From a virus, in the IMG/VR virus record IMGVR_UViG_3300045391_002681, positions 34,412 through 98,411 of that record: a stretch of DNA of 64,000 nucleotides; one strand, written 5' to 3'. Numbering within the stretch: the first letter of the stretch is position 1; each line of letters opens with the position of its first letter. The notes under the pieces were generated by a model. The model had not been told where the DNA came from. It made no database searches and worked only from the letters and a program-made list of their open reading frames with translations. Position numbers and translations under genes: made by a program. Below, one piece after another: positions 54,528-63,656 of the stretch.

Positions 54528-56063
54528 CTAACCCCTACCACGATTGAAGGCCGTCCGCATCGGCGGGATGGCAACTGGAGTCGGCGCGGGCTTGATTATG
54601 GCCGCCGGCCGGATCGCCGCGCTTTCGAACGACTTGTACCCATGGCTGAACTCGTCGTGGACGGCACTGTCCTTCCACACGCTCAACTTTTCATCCCAGG
54701 CCTTGCGATAGCCATCAAGGCAGGCGATCAGGCGCGCGCACCGGCTCTCATCGAACCACACGGACGGCAACAGCGCCCGGCTGGCCTCGATGCCGTCACG
54801 CTCCTCGGCGATGCGTTTCAGCACGATCACCGGCTTGATGCCCGACTCCTCGGCGTGCTGCTTGGCGGACTTGGCGTCCTTGCCTAGCCGGCGGTGCTCG
54901 GCGTCGTGCGGCATGTGGTGGGCGCTGTAGTTGTAGCCCTTATCGGTCAGCACCTTGGCGTAGTGGGCGAAGCCTTCGCCGCTGTTCTCGTAGTAGTCGA
55001 TGGCCCGACGCTCCGGCCCGACATCCTGCCAGAAGGTGATGGTCATGGAGTCATTCACGCCGAGGTCCCACGTCGTGTAGACGGGGATGTCGAGGATGGG
55101 CACGCGGCAGATGCGGCCCTCCGTGCGCACCTTGCGCATCTGTGTCGCGAAGTATGCGCCTTCGATGGCGGCCTCGAAAGCTTCGTCAGGCGTTGAGGGG
55201 AACTCCTGCTGCATCTTGTCGCCCTGTTGCTCTGCCTTCTTCTGGTACCAAGCGCGCTGCGGCTTGCTCAGGCGAACGCCCTGCTCTTCCAGCTTGGCGA
55301 AGTAGGCCGTCATCTCGGCGCTTTCGGTCACCTCATCGGCCAGCACATAGCCATCGTCTGTCCACCACGGGTAGAAGTGGAACTTGAAATCGAGCTGTGT
55401 CAGCGGAATGCCGCGGTCAGCCAGATCGCGGGCCTTCTTGACCATATCGTAATAGCCGCCGGCGCGGCCCTCGGCCGTGCTTTCGACCGTGATCACCTGG
55501 CCGACGTGGATGGTGTTGAACGCGCCCGTCTTCACCTCCTCGGCGCGATCCGGGGCCTTGGCGCAGAGCTTGCCGTACTCGGAGACATGGAGACGTTGGA
55601 GCGTGCCCGAGCGCAGAGACGTGCCCACGCGGATGGACGATCCGTTGTTGAATTTGAGGCTGTCCGCGCTGTCCTGCTCGGCCGCCCGGAGCCTCCTGAA
55701 CGGCTCAGGAAGATTGTCGTAGGCGAACTTGATCTTGTCCGAGAAGAACGCCTTCGCATCGCGCAGGTTATGGGCGATCACGCCTGCCGACATGTTGGAG
55801 CCAAATAGGCAGTCGTCCAGCATGTCGAGCTGAATGACCGTCGTGAACCCGCGCTGGCGGGCCTTGAGGATCACGTCCAGGCCATGGCGGTTGGCGATGA
55901 AGTCCCACTGATCCCCGTTCATGCGGAATGGGACCTGGGCGCCGGTCTTGTCCTTGATGTCGTAGAAGCCGCCGGTCAGCCGCGCCAGCTTGTTCGGGAA
56001 GCGCTTGCTCAGCTCGCCAAGGAACGCCTCTTCGCCTCGGGTCAGCCCCGACGATCCAGCCAT
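54528..56063 (-). CDS. terL: Terminase large subunit
   Basis: ILKARQRGFTT, LHVSEYG, ESTAEG, TWDLG, HDEFSH. Confidence 0.93.
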   Translation of the reverse strand: MAGSSGLTRGEEAFLGELSKRFPNKLARLTGGFYDIKDKTGAQVPFRMNGDQWDFIANRHGLDVILKARQRGFTTVIQLDMLDDCLFGSNMSAGVIAHNLRDAKAFFSDKIKFAYDNLPEPFRRLRAAEQDSADSLKFNNGSSIRVGTSLRSGTLQRLHVSEYGKLCAKAPDRAEEVKTGAFNTIHVGQVITVESTAEGRAGGYYDMVKKARDLADRGIPLTQLDFKFHFYPWWTDDGYVLADEVTESAEMTAYFAKLEEQGVRLSKPQRAWYQKKAEQQGDKMQQEFPSTPDEAFEAAIEGAYFATQMRKVRTEGRICRVPILDIPVYTTWDLGVNDSMTITFWQDVGPERRAIDYYENSGEGFAHYAKVLTDKGYNYSAHHMPHDAEHRRLGKDAKSAKQHAEESGIKPVIVLKRIAEERDGIEASRALLPSVWFDESRCARLIACLDGYRKAWDEKLSVWKDSAVHDEFSHGYKSFESAAIRPAAIIKPAPTPVAIPPMRTAFNRGRG

Positions 56064-56476
56064 TCGGCCAACTCCTCGGGGACGGCAACCGAGTGTTCCA
56101 CCTGCTGGCGGTCGCCGTAGCGCTTCGGGTCCCATTTCGCCAGGAGCTTCAGCCGGGTTTCAATCTTCAGCTTGCGATGGCCGAGCATGTCGCCCGTGCG
56201 CTTCTCAATCGCACCGTCGGCCTTGACCGTTGTTTCCTCGCCCTCCTCGGGCGTGTCGGCGATGCTCAAGCACTCGGCCGCGATGGCGTCGAACCCATCC
56301 ACGCGCGCGCTCGCGATGCTTGCCGAAAACTCCGCGTTCTCGTCCATCCAGCGATACACCGTCCGATAAGCCGGCATGTGCTCATCACGGCAGATCACTG
56401 CCAACGGCTCGCCCTTGCTCAGGCGCTCCACGATCTCCGCTGCGTCCTTGGCGTTGTATGTGGACTTACGGCCCAT
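56042..56476 (-). CDS. terS: Terminase small subunit
   Basis: GRKSTY...ICRDEHMP..RTVYRW...KLKIETRLKLLAKWDPKRYGD. Confidence 0.9.
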   Translation of the reverse strand: MGRKSTYNAKDAAEIVERLSKGEPLAVICRDEHMPAYRTVYRWMDENAEFSASIASARVDGFDAIAAECLSIADTPEEGEETTVKADGAIEKRTGDMLGHRKLKIETRLKLLAKWDPKRYGDRQQVEHSVAVPEELAEWLDRRG

Positions 56477-56627
56477 CAGGCGTCCTTGCGACCAGCGGGC
56501 CGAGGGTGTTCGCGTCGATAGGTGCGAAGAATGGCCTCAACGCCTTCCAGTGACCGCCGGATGTCCGCGGGCGCCTGGCGCTGGTCGCGGATTGCGGTCA
56601 TTTCCTTGTCCGTCCATTGGTGAGCGC

Positions 56628-56852
56628 TCATGCCGCCTCCGGTTCCTTGAGCTTCCATGTCCTCGGCCTGCGTCCGTCGTGTTCCACAAGGCCCAACTTC
56701 TTGAGCCGGTGGAGTTGGCAGGCGACGGACTGGTGGCTCGATCCTGTCCAGCCCATCAAGGCCTCGTAGCCTAGCGTTCCGCGCTGGAGCTTTTCCACGA
56801 TGCGCTTGGACAGCTGCGGCAGATCCCTGTCGTTCACGATCAGACGCGCCAC
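56628..56852 (-). CDS. Small winged-helix DNA-binding protein (LexA-N-like)
   Basis: SSHQSVACQLHRLKKLGLVEHDGRRPRT. Confidence 0.65.
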   Translation of the reverse strand: MARLIVNDRDLPQLSKRIVEKLQRGTLGYEALMGWTGSSHQSVACQLHRLKKLGLVEHDGRRPRTWKLKEPEAA

Positions 56853-56884
56853 GGTCTTGCTCCGTGAGGGCAGGATTGCCCCGG

Positions 56885-57157
56885 CTAAGCCATGTCTGCG
56901 TCGTCTCCTTCGATGGGCCGTCTGGCACGCTTCGGCGAAGCGTGAACTGATTTGGCCTTGGTTCCAATATGGAACATGGAGCAGTGAGGGCAGTGATAGA
57001 CTTGGGCGTTGCCGTGGTAGACTTTGCGGGTTCTAGCCCTGCCCTTGGGCTTCGCGGCCCGACGGCGCATCACCTTCGCGGCGAGCTGCGGCGTGGCGAA
57101 CGGCTCCTTGCCCACGCAATCGGCCAGGCGGCGGAAGTAGGGCGTGGAATCCTTCAC
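56885..57157 (-). CDS. Small Zn-binding hypothetical protein
   Basis: C.GK..F...VYHCPHCSMFHIG. Confidence 0.6.
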   Translation of the reverse strand: MKDSTPYFRRLADCVGKEPFATPQLAAKVMRRRAAKPKGRARTRKVYHGNAQVYHCPHCSMFHIGTKAKSVHASPKRARRPIEGDDADMA

Positions 57158-57734
57158 GGTTCAGCCCTCCCCCGGTCTATGAGCTGTTGGATGAGGTTGG
57201 GGTCGGGGTCGGCGGCGAGCATCTGGCGCATCCGGCAAAGCTCCCCGATCTCGGCGCCGCAATGGCCGCAAGCGAGCCAGGGCTTGGGACAGGCGTCGGC
57301 CATCACTCACCATCCAGGATGTGGTTGAGAGCGGCGGGCAGCGAGAACGTGACGCGCTGTCGGTATTGGGCCCTGATCTCGTCGGTCTCGTCGGCCCACT
57401 TCACGACGCCGTTCCAGTCATAGGCGTGAAGCTTGGTCGCCATCGCCTCTACCGTTCCCTCGTCTGGTTGGAGGAGGGATTGAAGGGCGGCGCGGGCTGC
57501 TGCTGTGGCCGGATCAAAGCTTGCCCCGAGCATTTGGCGGCGCGCCCACGCGTCGTTGTATGCCAGCGCCAAGGCCTCAGCCATCTTCTCCAGCATGGGG
57601 GATGTGGGGCTAGTCATGGCGAAAGACGAACCAGAGGAGCGCGACAATCAGCGCGACACCGACGACATCGGAAATCGCCTGGCTTAGATGCGGACCGATC
57701 TCGATCATCTACCCTTCCTCCTCTATGAGGGTGG

Positions 57735-58409
57735 TCATGCATCCCATCGCTTGTCGGTCTGTCCGAACTCGAAACGGGCGCCCCTGGCCGCGTCATAGGC
57801 GCGGCGCAAACGGTGCGATGCGCTCGTTTCAGCGCTTGCGCCAAAGCGGTTGCCTTTCCGTACTCCGAGCAACCGGCAAAACCGTTGACGATAGTGTCCT
57901 GTATCTTCGTAGAACTTGCGCAGGCGCTCGTTTTGAGTGCTGTCGGCCGCGTCAAACTGATCGTCGGTCAACGCCTCTCGACCCAACGCCAACATGCCGT
58001 CCGGCGTCTCGCAAAAGGCCAAAAGGTGGATGCGGTATGGAACCATGATATCGAGCCGCTCATCAGACGCCGGCTCGTAAAGCATGACCTGGCACAGGTA
58101 GTCGGGTGCGCCTATCGCCACCAAGACTGGCAACCCTGATGCCCGCGCCAATTGGGCGGCGCGATCTTGCTCGTCTGGCGTGGGGATTTCGGGCTTGACC
58201 TCAAGGAACATCCGCTGCGTGACGGAGCCGGCTGGAAGGTCGGGTACGGCCGTAATCAGGAAATCCGGAAGATATGCGCCGCTGGGCAGACAATAGCCCT
58301 CGGCCTCGTATTCGAAGCCGATCCCGAGTTCTTCGAGAAACACCGCCCAGCGCGCCTCTGTGCGCGAGCGGAAACGCCAGCCCTTCCAACGGGTCTCGAT
58401 TGCCTTCAT
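57735..58409 (-). CDS. PD-(D/E)XK-type nuclease-like protein
   Basis: Homologue of 10976-11635. Confidence 0.75.
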   Translation of the reverse strand: MKAIETRWKGWRFRSRTEARWAVFLEELGIGFEYEAEGYCLPSGAYLPDFLITAVPDLPAGSVTQRMFLEVKPEIPTPDEQDRAAQLARASGLPVLVAIGAPDYLCQVMLYEPASDERLDIMVPYRIHLLAFCETPDGMLALGREALTDDQFDAADSTQNERLRKFYEDTGHYRQRFCRLLGVRKGNRFGASAETSASHRLRRAYDAARGARFEFGQTDKRWDA

Positions 58410-59128
58410 GCTGCCTTCTCCAAAAGTTGCAGGCCCAGCTTAGCCAGCAGCGGCCGACAGTCCTTCAGCATCTTCGCGCCAATCGTTGGGTGCGGCGGGA
58501 TCAGGGCGCGGTCGGGCACGTCTTGCCAGCGACAACCACGAAGGTATTTCTCGCACCAGGGCTCGCCGAGCGCTTCGCTGAAGGCGGCCCACACGTTCTC
58601 AGGACCCGACCAGGCGACAGGCGCCGGCGCGCCATCGGCGAGCGCGGCGGCGTCCTGACGCCCACTGAGGGTAGAAGCCTCTTTATTGGCTTCTACCTCA
58701 GTGGATGCGGGTTGCGGAGCAGCCTGTAAGCAGGGGTCTAAGCACGCCGTAAGCACTGCTTGTGTGGTGCTTGAAGCACTGCTTTTAGCAGCCTTGGCGC
58801 GGCCACCAGCGGACGCCCTGGCCACGTATTTTTCCTTCTTTGCCGCCCAGCGCTCCAGTTCTTCTTCCACCCGCTTGTGGCGCCAGACGCTATCCTCGAT
58901 GCGGAAAAATTTGGCCAGCTTGTCGCGGTGACGGCGCCAGGTCTTCAGGTCCAAGCCCGTGATCGACGCAAGTTCGGCGTCATCATCGGCCGGCGGCCCG
59001 TTGACCCAATAGTCCATAATCATCAGCAGATAGGCGCCGTGCTGTTCGGTGGTCAGGCGGCCGGTGTCCTTGAGGTAGTCCCCAATGACCAGCGGCATCC
59101 ACGTGTCAGGCTTGGCGCTGGTGCTCAC
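58406..59128 (-). CDS. YdaU/DUF1376-family replication initiator
   Basis: WMPLVIGDYLKDTGRLTTEQHGAYLLMIMDYW. Confidence 0.85.
   Translation of the reverse strand: MSTSAKPDTWMPLVIGDYLKDTGRLTTEQHGAYLLMIMDYWVNGPPADDDAELASITGLDLKTWRRHRDKLAKFFRIEDSVWRHKRVEEELERWAAKKEKYVARASAGGRAKAAKSSASSTTQAVLTACLDPCLQAAPQPASTEVEANKEASTLSGRQDAAALADGAPAPVAWSGPENVWAAFSEALGEPWCEKYLRGCRWQDVPDRALIPPHPTIGAKMLKDCRPLLAKLGLQLLEKAA
58727..58790. repeat. Iteron-like repeats (putative ori of prophage 2)
   Basis: TAAGCA three times at 11-12 bp spacing and AAGCACTGCTT twice, inside the initiator gene. Confidence 0.5.
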
Positions 59129-59406
59129 GCCGCCTCCTGCTGGGCTATCGCGCGCGCCCGGTGGCGTTGAACACCGGTGACGATGGTCGTGTGATCGCGG
59201 CCGAAGAACTTGCCTATCGCGGGGTAGGAGAAGCGCCCGGTGGATTGGATGTGGTGGTAGGCTTCCAGGCGAGCAGCGGCGATGCGATCACGCTTGTCGC
59301 GCGCCATGATGTCCTCAGGACGGAGGCCATGCGTCTCGGCGACCTCGCGCACGATGGCGCGCATCAGGGAGTGACCGGTCAGGCCTAGGTAAATCCAGTC
59401 GCGCAT
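59125..59406 (-). CDS. DnaA C-terminal-like HTH protein
   Basis: FSYPAIGKFFGRDHTTIV. Confidence 0.8.
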   Translation of the reverse strand: MRDWIYLGLTGHSLMRAIVREVAETHGLRPEDIMARDKRDRIAAARLEAYHHIQSTGRFSYPAIGKFFGRDHTTIVTGVQRHRARAIAQQEAA

Positions 59407-59408
59407 GG

Positions 59409-59741
59409 TCAGACCTCCACGATCTGGATTTGATGGACGGCCTTCATGAGCTTGGCCTTGAGTTTGTATTCGGGGGTTCGGACGCCCTTGGAGTCCTCCA
59501 CGACCAATTCGCCATTGCGGCGATACTGGAAGTCGCAGACGTAGTGGCAGATGGGCTGGCCGTTCACGTCGAGGGGGAAGCGGACCTGGCGCTGAAGCTC
59601 GGTGATGTAGCCGGCGCGCTCCATCAGGCGCAGCTCGGACCATCTGCGGGCCTCGCGCTTCGACGCGAACAGGATGCCGTCAACCTCAGTGGGGACGTTG
59701 CGGTATTTGCGGCCGGCGAGAGCGGGGCGGAAGGCGTTCAT
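59409..59741 (-). CDS. DUF1064-like nuclease/resolvase
   Basis: KYRNVPTEVDGILFASKREARRW...YVCDFQY...VEDSKG. Confidence 0.82.
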   Translation of the reverse strand: MNAFRPALAGRKYRNVPTEVDGILFASKREARRWSELRLMERAGYITELQRQVRFPLDVNGQPICHYVCDFQYRRNGELVVEDSKGVRTPEYKLKAKLMKAVHQIQIVEV

Positions 59742-59910
59742 CGGCGGCCCAACTCCGCGCGCAACTGGGCCGTCCGCGCCGCCTTGAGAGGCATCAAGCG
59801 CTCATGCTTGGCCCGGCTGTCCCTGCGGCTTTTGGCGTCGTGATAGGCCGCATAGGCCGTGGCGAACGCCTCGCGGGCGCGGCCCTTCCGGAAGAGGATG
59901 GGCCAGCGCA

Positions 59911-60102
59911 TCACCCTTCCCCGAAGGTGTGGTGAGTGACCTGTCCGCCCTTCCTGCCGGCGGATACCGCAAGCTCCCGGTTGACCGAGAAGCTGCGCCG
60001 ATGATGCGGGACGCTGGCCCCACCCTTGCGGGCCAACAAGCGTTGCTTCTCGGGGTCCATCGCGGCGAATCCACACCGCGCCTTTGCGCGTTCTTCCGTC
60101 AT
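59911..60102 (-). CDS. KGG-repeat (YciG/Con-10-like) stress protein
   Basis: GFAAMDPEKQRLLARKGG...SFSVNRELAVSAGRKGG. Confidence 0.8.
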   Translation of the reverse strand: MTEERAKARCGFAAMDPEKQRLLARKGGASVPHHRRSFSVNRELAVSAGRKGGQVTHHTFGEG

Positions 60103-60371
60103 TTTCGCCCCCTGGCGTTGTATCCCCTCCTGCGCTTGAGGCGGCAGGAATGCCTTAAGCGGTAGTCAGGCGGCGGACGGCGCACGCCAGGCGTTGTGTT
60201 CGTCGCCGAACAGGTCGGAGGCGATGGGCTCGGCCCAACCCTTCTTGATGCACGTCTTGATGGCGCGACGGCTGACGCGCTCGTTGGTCGAGGTGATGAG
60301 GACCCAAGGCCCGATGACCTGGGCGACTTGCCCGGCGGCGAGGCGGTCCTTCAGGGCGGAAGCGGACATGA

Positions 60372-60593
60372 TCATGCGGCAACGCTCCTCTGCTGCGGCA
60401 GGAAGCCCGCAGGAACGTGCGGGCGGCAGAACCATTGATCGGGAGTGACGAGCGGCCAGCCGAGGCCGTAACAGGCGTCGGCGCCACAGGTGGCGCAGCG
60501 GTAAATGCGCGGTTGGAACGCCTCGGCTACAGGCCCAAAGAGGCTTGCTTGTCCAGCGCCCACGCCCTTAGCCGTTGTCCCGCGAGGCCGCAT
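60372..60593 (-). CDS. Small Zn-finger protein
   Basis: CATCGADACYG...WFCRPH. Confidence 0.6.
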   Translation of the reverse strand: MRPRGTTAKGVGAGQASLFGPVAEAFQPRIYRCATCGADACYGLGWPLVTPDQWFCRPHVPAGFLPQQRSVAA

Positions 60594-61010
60594 TTACTCA
60601 GCGCCTCCCCGAGCAAAACGGCGCTGCTCAGCAACGCGAGCAGACATAGCCGCGAGACGCTGTTCGGCGGCCTCCCACTCGATGCGTTCACGCGCGGCCT
60701 CCCTGGCTTTGTGAGCGATGAAGTCTTCTAGTTTGATCCCGGTGACGATAGCCGCGATTTCCAACGAGAGCCCAAAGCCTTCGAAGGGATCGCGCCTCAA
60801 TACGGCGTCGATGGTGTTCTGTGTGGCCTGGGCATAGACGAGTCCCCTCGCCTGCCCCTCCGTCAGGTCCCATTCGGCCTGACAGGCCTTCACCAGGTTG
60901 CGGCCATAGAACCGCCGTCTGACGAGCTGCGCCCATGCGTTCTTGGTGGTCAGGTCCGGTGAAGAATACCGGATGGATTTGGATGAGATTTCCGCCACAG
61001 CCGTCCTCAT
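60594..61010 (-). CDS. Homologue of 18600-19118
   Basis: Shared motifs and 30-bp DNA identity. Confidence 0.7.
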   Translation of the reverse strand: MRTAVAEISSKSIRYSSPDLTTKNAWAQLVRRRFYGRNLVKACQAEWDLTEGQARGLVYAQATQNTIDAVLRRDPFEGFGLSLEIAAIVTGIKLEDFIAHKAREAARERIEWEAAEQRLAAMSARVAEQRRFARGGAE

Positions 61011-61048
61011 TGTTGCCCTCGTTGAGCAACCGACGACGGAGACGAGCC

Positions 61049-61231
61049 GTGGAACGCAGACTTGATGTTGTCGGGCAGTTGGAAAGCAGCGCTGGCCTTA
61101 TGGCCTTCGCCGCGACGGTGACGAGTGAAGACGTGCGGCGCGAGATGGAGACTCGATCCGCTCGGATATTCTGGCAAACGATCACACAGGCGGTCGGCAA
61201 ACCGCTTGTGGATCGGCCGGAATGGGAGTGA
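61049..61231 (+). CDS. Inverted hypothetical gene (spanned by bridge ORF 61007-61246)
   Basis: GGAG upstream of GTG; protein-like sequence. Confidence 0.45.
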   Translation: MERRLDVVGQLESSAGLMAFAATVTSEDVRREMETRSARIFWQTITQAVGKPLVDRPEWE

Positions 61232-61242
61232 GGCCGGGAGGG

Positions 61243-61965
61243 TCATGCGGCCTCGCGGTGTTGCAGCGCGGCCTTAACGGCGCGGGCGATAGCGCGACCC
61301 ATTGGAAGCGGAACGCCGTTGCCGACCACGCGATACTTGCCCTCGTTGGTCAGGGGCGCATCGGCGAGGTAGTCGGGCGGCAGGCCCTGGAGTTCGCAGA
61401 AGCGCGACCACGGCCGCTTAGGATTGTAGACGGCAGTTCCTTCGCGGGATCGAGTAATGCGACCGGCGCGGCCTTCGGATGCCAAGCAAGTGGTCTCAAT
61501 ATTGGCGTGCTCAAGCGGCGAGTGCTGGACGTGGAGCGCGGCGCCCCAAGCGGTGCCAAATTGAAAGGCGCGGCGCCGAGCCTGTTCCTCTCCCAGCCAG
61601 CGGTTGTCGAGCACAATCCGCCGCGTGGTGTAGCCCGGTACATTGGCGTCGGGGACCGCGACAGCGTTCTCCATGATCCACCAAAGCGGCCTGGCCTCGG
61701 CCACGCACCTGGTGAAGTCAGGCGTCATGTCGAGCGCAATTTCCGCGCCGCGTGCCCGGTTGATGTGGACATAGGAGGAATGGGCTTGGCACGGTGGGCC
61801 ACCGATCACGCCGTCAAAACGACCAGCCGGCGGATGAAACGATCGAATGTCACCGCCCCAAAGCGGATCGGGGCCGCGCACGACGCAAAACCCTTCTTCC
61901 TCGAAGGCTTTGTCAAGCAGCCCAATGCCCGGGAACAGCGAGAGAACCAGACCGTTCGCCCCCAT
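61243..61965 (-). CDS. Compact DNA cytosine-C5 methyltransferase
   Basis: LFPGIG, GGPPCQ, MENA, RRRAF, ELQGLP, GNGVP. Confidence 0.88.
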   Translation of the reverse strand: MGANGLVLSLFPGIGLLDKAFEEEGFCVVRGPDPLWGGDIRSFHPPAGRFDGVIGGPPCQAHSSYVHINRARGAEIALDMTPDFTRCVAEARPLWWIMENAVAVPDANVPGYTTRRIVLDNRWLGEEQARRRAFQFGTAWGAALHVQHSPLEHANIETTCLASEGRAGRITRSREGTAVYNPKRPWSRFCELQGLPPDYLADAPLTNEGKYRVVGNGVPLPMGRAIARAVKAALQHREAA

Positions 61966-62205
61966 CTCTCAGCGCCCCATCGCAGCGTGGAACACGCCGA
62001 CGATCAGCGGGAACCAAGCGGGCGCGGTCGCGATGACGGTGATGATCCCCCGCACCTCGTTGAGCAGCAGAAGCGTCACACCCGCTCGGGCGATGAAGCG
62101 CCGGGGTTTCAGTAGAGCGAAGAGAAGGGCGGCAATGCTCATGTCGTTCGCTCGACATAAACTTGCGAAGGCTGTGGATGAGCAGCGTTAACCCGCAAAT
62201 TAAGT

Positions 62206-62529
62206 ATGCCCGTACATGGGCTGTTCATCTTTGGGTTGCGACGCTGGGCCGTGCCAGAGCCAGCGCCCAATGTTCCCGAGTTGCCCGAGCCGTCAGCCGA
62301 GTTGATCCTGCTGCTGGCGCTGGTGCAGGCGCATATGCGCTCGCTGAGCCGCAAGGAACGCTCCCGGTTCATGGCCGACGTGTCCAATGCGCTGGGCTTG
62401 CAGGAATCGGCGTACAACATCCTGCGCTTCCGGCCACGCGCCGAGGATCGGGCGGTGTACCGGGCGATGAAGCAGGCCGCCGCGTGGTGGCGGCAGTCGG
62501 TGTCCGTGGTGTTGAGGCTGGAGGAGTAG
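62206..62529 (+). CDS. Inverted hypothetical gene (spanned by bridge ORF 62139-62534)
   Basis: Helical protein-like composition. Confidence 0.6.
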   Translation: MPVHGLFIFGLRRWAVPEPAPNVPELPEPSAELILLLALVQAHMRSLSRKERSRFMADVSNALGLQESAYNILRFRPRAEDRAVYRAMKQAAAWWRQSVSVVLRLEE

Positions 62530-62530
62530 G

Positions 62531-62734
62531 TCATTCGGGCCGCGCCTTCTCGGCGGCGACCCTGGCCACCAGATCGCGGCGCTTGGTCAGGTCTTCCAGC
62601 CTAGCGGCCATCGTCAGCGAGACCTTCCGGCGCCCGCTTTTCAGGTCCGCGATATGACCATCCGAAACCTTGAGCGCGCGGGAGAGGTCGGCGCTGGTCA
62701 GGTCGAGACCGGATATGATCTGGTTGAAGTCCAT
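62531..62734 (-). CDS. cro: Cro-like HTH
   Basis: LTSADLSRALKVSDGHIADLKSGRR. Confidence 0.78.
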   Translation of the reverse strand: MDFNQIISGLDLTSADLSRALKVSDGHIADLKSGRRKVSLTMAARLEDLTKRRDLVARVAAEKARPE

Positions 62735-62740
62735 GCTGTA

Positions 62741-62759
62741 TCCTCGCATATCGCGAGGA
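62741..62759. promoter_or_regulatory. Operator TCCTCGC-N5-GCGAGGA
   Basis: Palindrome repeated at 63575-63593 and 63610-63628. Confidence 0.8.
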
Positions 62760-62827
62760 AAACGCAAGCGCCGTTTCCTCGCACCTTCGGGAAGGACGGA
62801 GGCGCGGCATCGTCGCAAAATGTGCGG

Positions 62828-63154
62828 ATGGGAAAGAAGCCGAGCCGAGAGGCCGCCAACAACATCAGGGCATGGCGCGACTATCGCCGGATGAGTCAGG
62901 CGAAGCTCGCGGAGTTGTGCGACACCAAGGACAACGTCATCAGCAACCTGGAGTCCGGCGAGCGCCAGCTAACCGAGAAGTGGCTCGTGCGGCTCGCCAA
63001 GGCGCTGGAGACGACGCCTGGCTATCTGCTCGACCACGATCCGCACGATCTTGATACCGAGCTGATCCGCGCCGCGCAGGACGCCGCCAAGGGCGGCCAC
63101 CGCGACCAGGTGCTCACCATCCTCAAGACCTTCAAGACGGGGACTAACGGCTAA
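62828..63154 (+). CDS. XRE-family repressor without peptidase domain
   Basis: IRAWRDYRRMSQAKLAELCDT...ISNLESGERQLT. Confidence 0.85.
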   Translation: MGKKPSREAANNIRAWRDYRRMSQAKLAELCDTKDNVISNLESGERQLTEKWLVRLAKALETTPGYLLDHDPHDLDTELIRAAQDAAKGGHRDQVLTILKTFKTGTNG

Positions 63155-63166
63155 CGGGGGCTAGCA

Positions 63167-63514
63167 ATGCGTAGGTTGGTGATCGCGCTCGGGCTGAGCG
63201 CGTGTGTGGCGTTGGGTGGTTGCGTCTCACAGCAGGAACTAGCCGCGCGAGACGACGCCACCTGTAACTCCTATGGACTTCAGTACGGGTCGCCGGGCTA
63301 CGCCGATTGCCGGATGCGGATCGCCGAGAACCGCCAGCAGGCTTTGCAGGCCGCCCTAGCGCAGATCAATGAGAACAACCGACGCCAGCAAGAGGCCAAC
63401 GCGCAGGCGCTGCGGGACCAGCAGGCGTTGCTTCAGGCGAGCAGGCCGCCACCGGCCACGACAACGACCTGTACGCGCACGTCGAACGTCACTGTGAGCT
63501 GCAACAGCTACTAG
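63167..63514 (+). CDS. Lipoprotein co-oriented with the repressor
   Basis: Lipobox LGGC. Confidence 0.75.
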   Translation: MRRLVIALGLSACVALGGCVSQQELAARDDATCNSYGLQYGSPGYADCRMRIAENRQQALQAALAQINENNRRQQEANAQALRDQQALLQASRPPPATTTTCTRTSNVTVSCNSY

Positions 63515-63537
63515 GCTCAGACGCCGCCTGACGAACA

Positions 63538-63560
63538 GCCCCGCTTCGGCGGGGTTTTTT
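63538..63560 (+). terminator. Rho-independent terminator
   Basis: GCCCCGC-TTCG-GCGGGGT followed by a T-run. Confidence 0.88.
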
Positions 63561-63574
63561 GTGCTCGCAAATCA

Positions 63575-63628
63575 TCCTCGCATTTTGTGAGAAATAGTCC
63601 TTGCCATCATCCTCGCGTTTTGCGAGGA
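63575..63628 (+). promoter_or_regulatory. Operator pair and early promoter
   Basis: Two TCCTCGC-N5-G(C/T)GAG(G/A)A sites around TTGCCA. Confidence 0.75.
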
Positions 63629-63656
63629 TACTCCCTACGAACCGGGGAGCATCCCA

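Noticed and set aside
62188-62203. CtrA box upstream of 62206
   Set aside because: Spacing is TTAA-N8-TTAA, not the N7 consensus; at most a half-site
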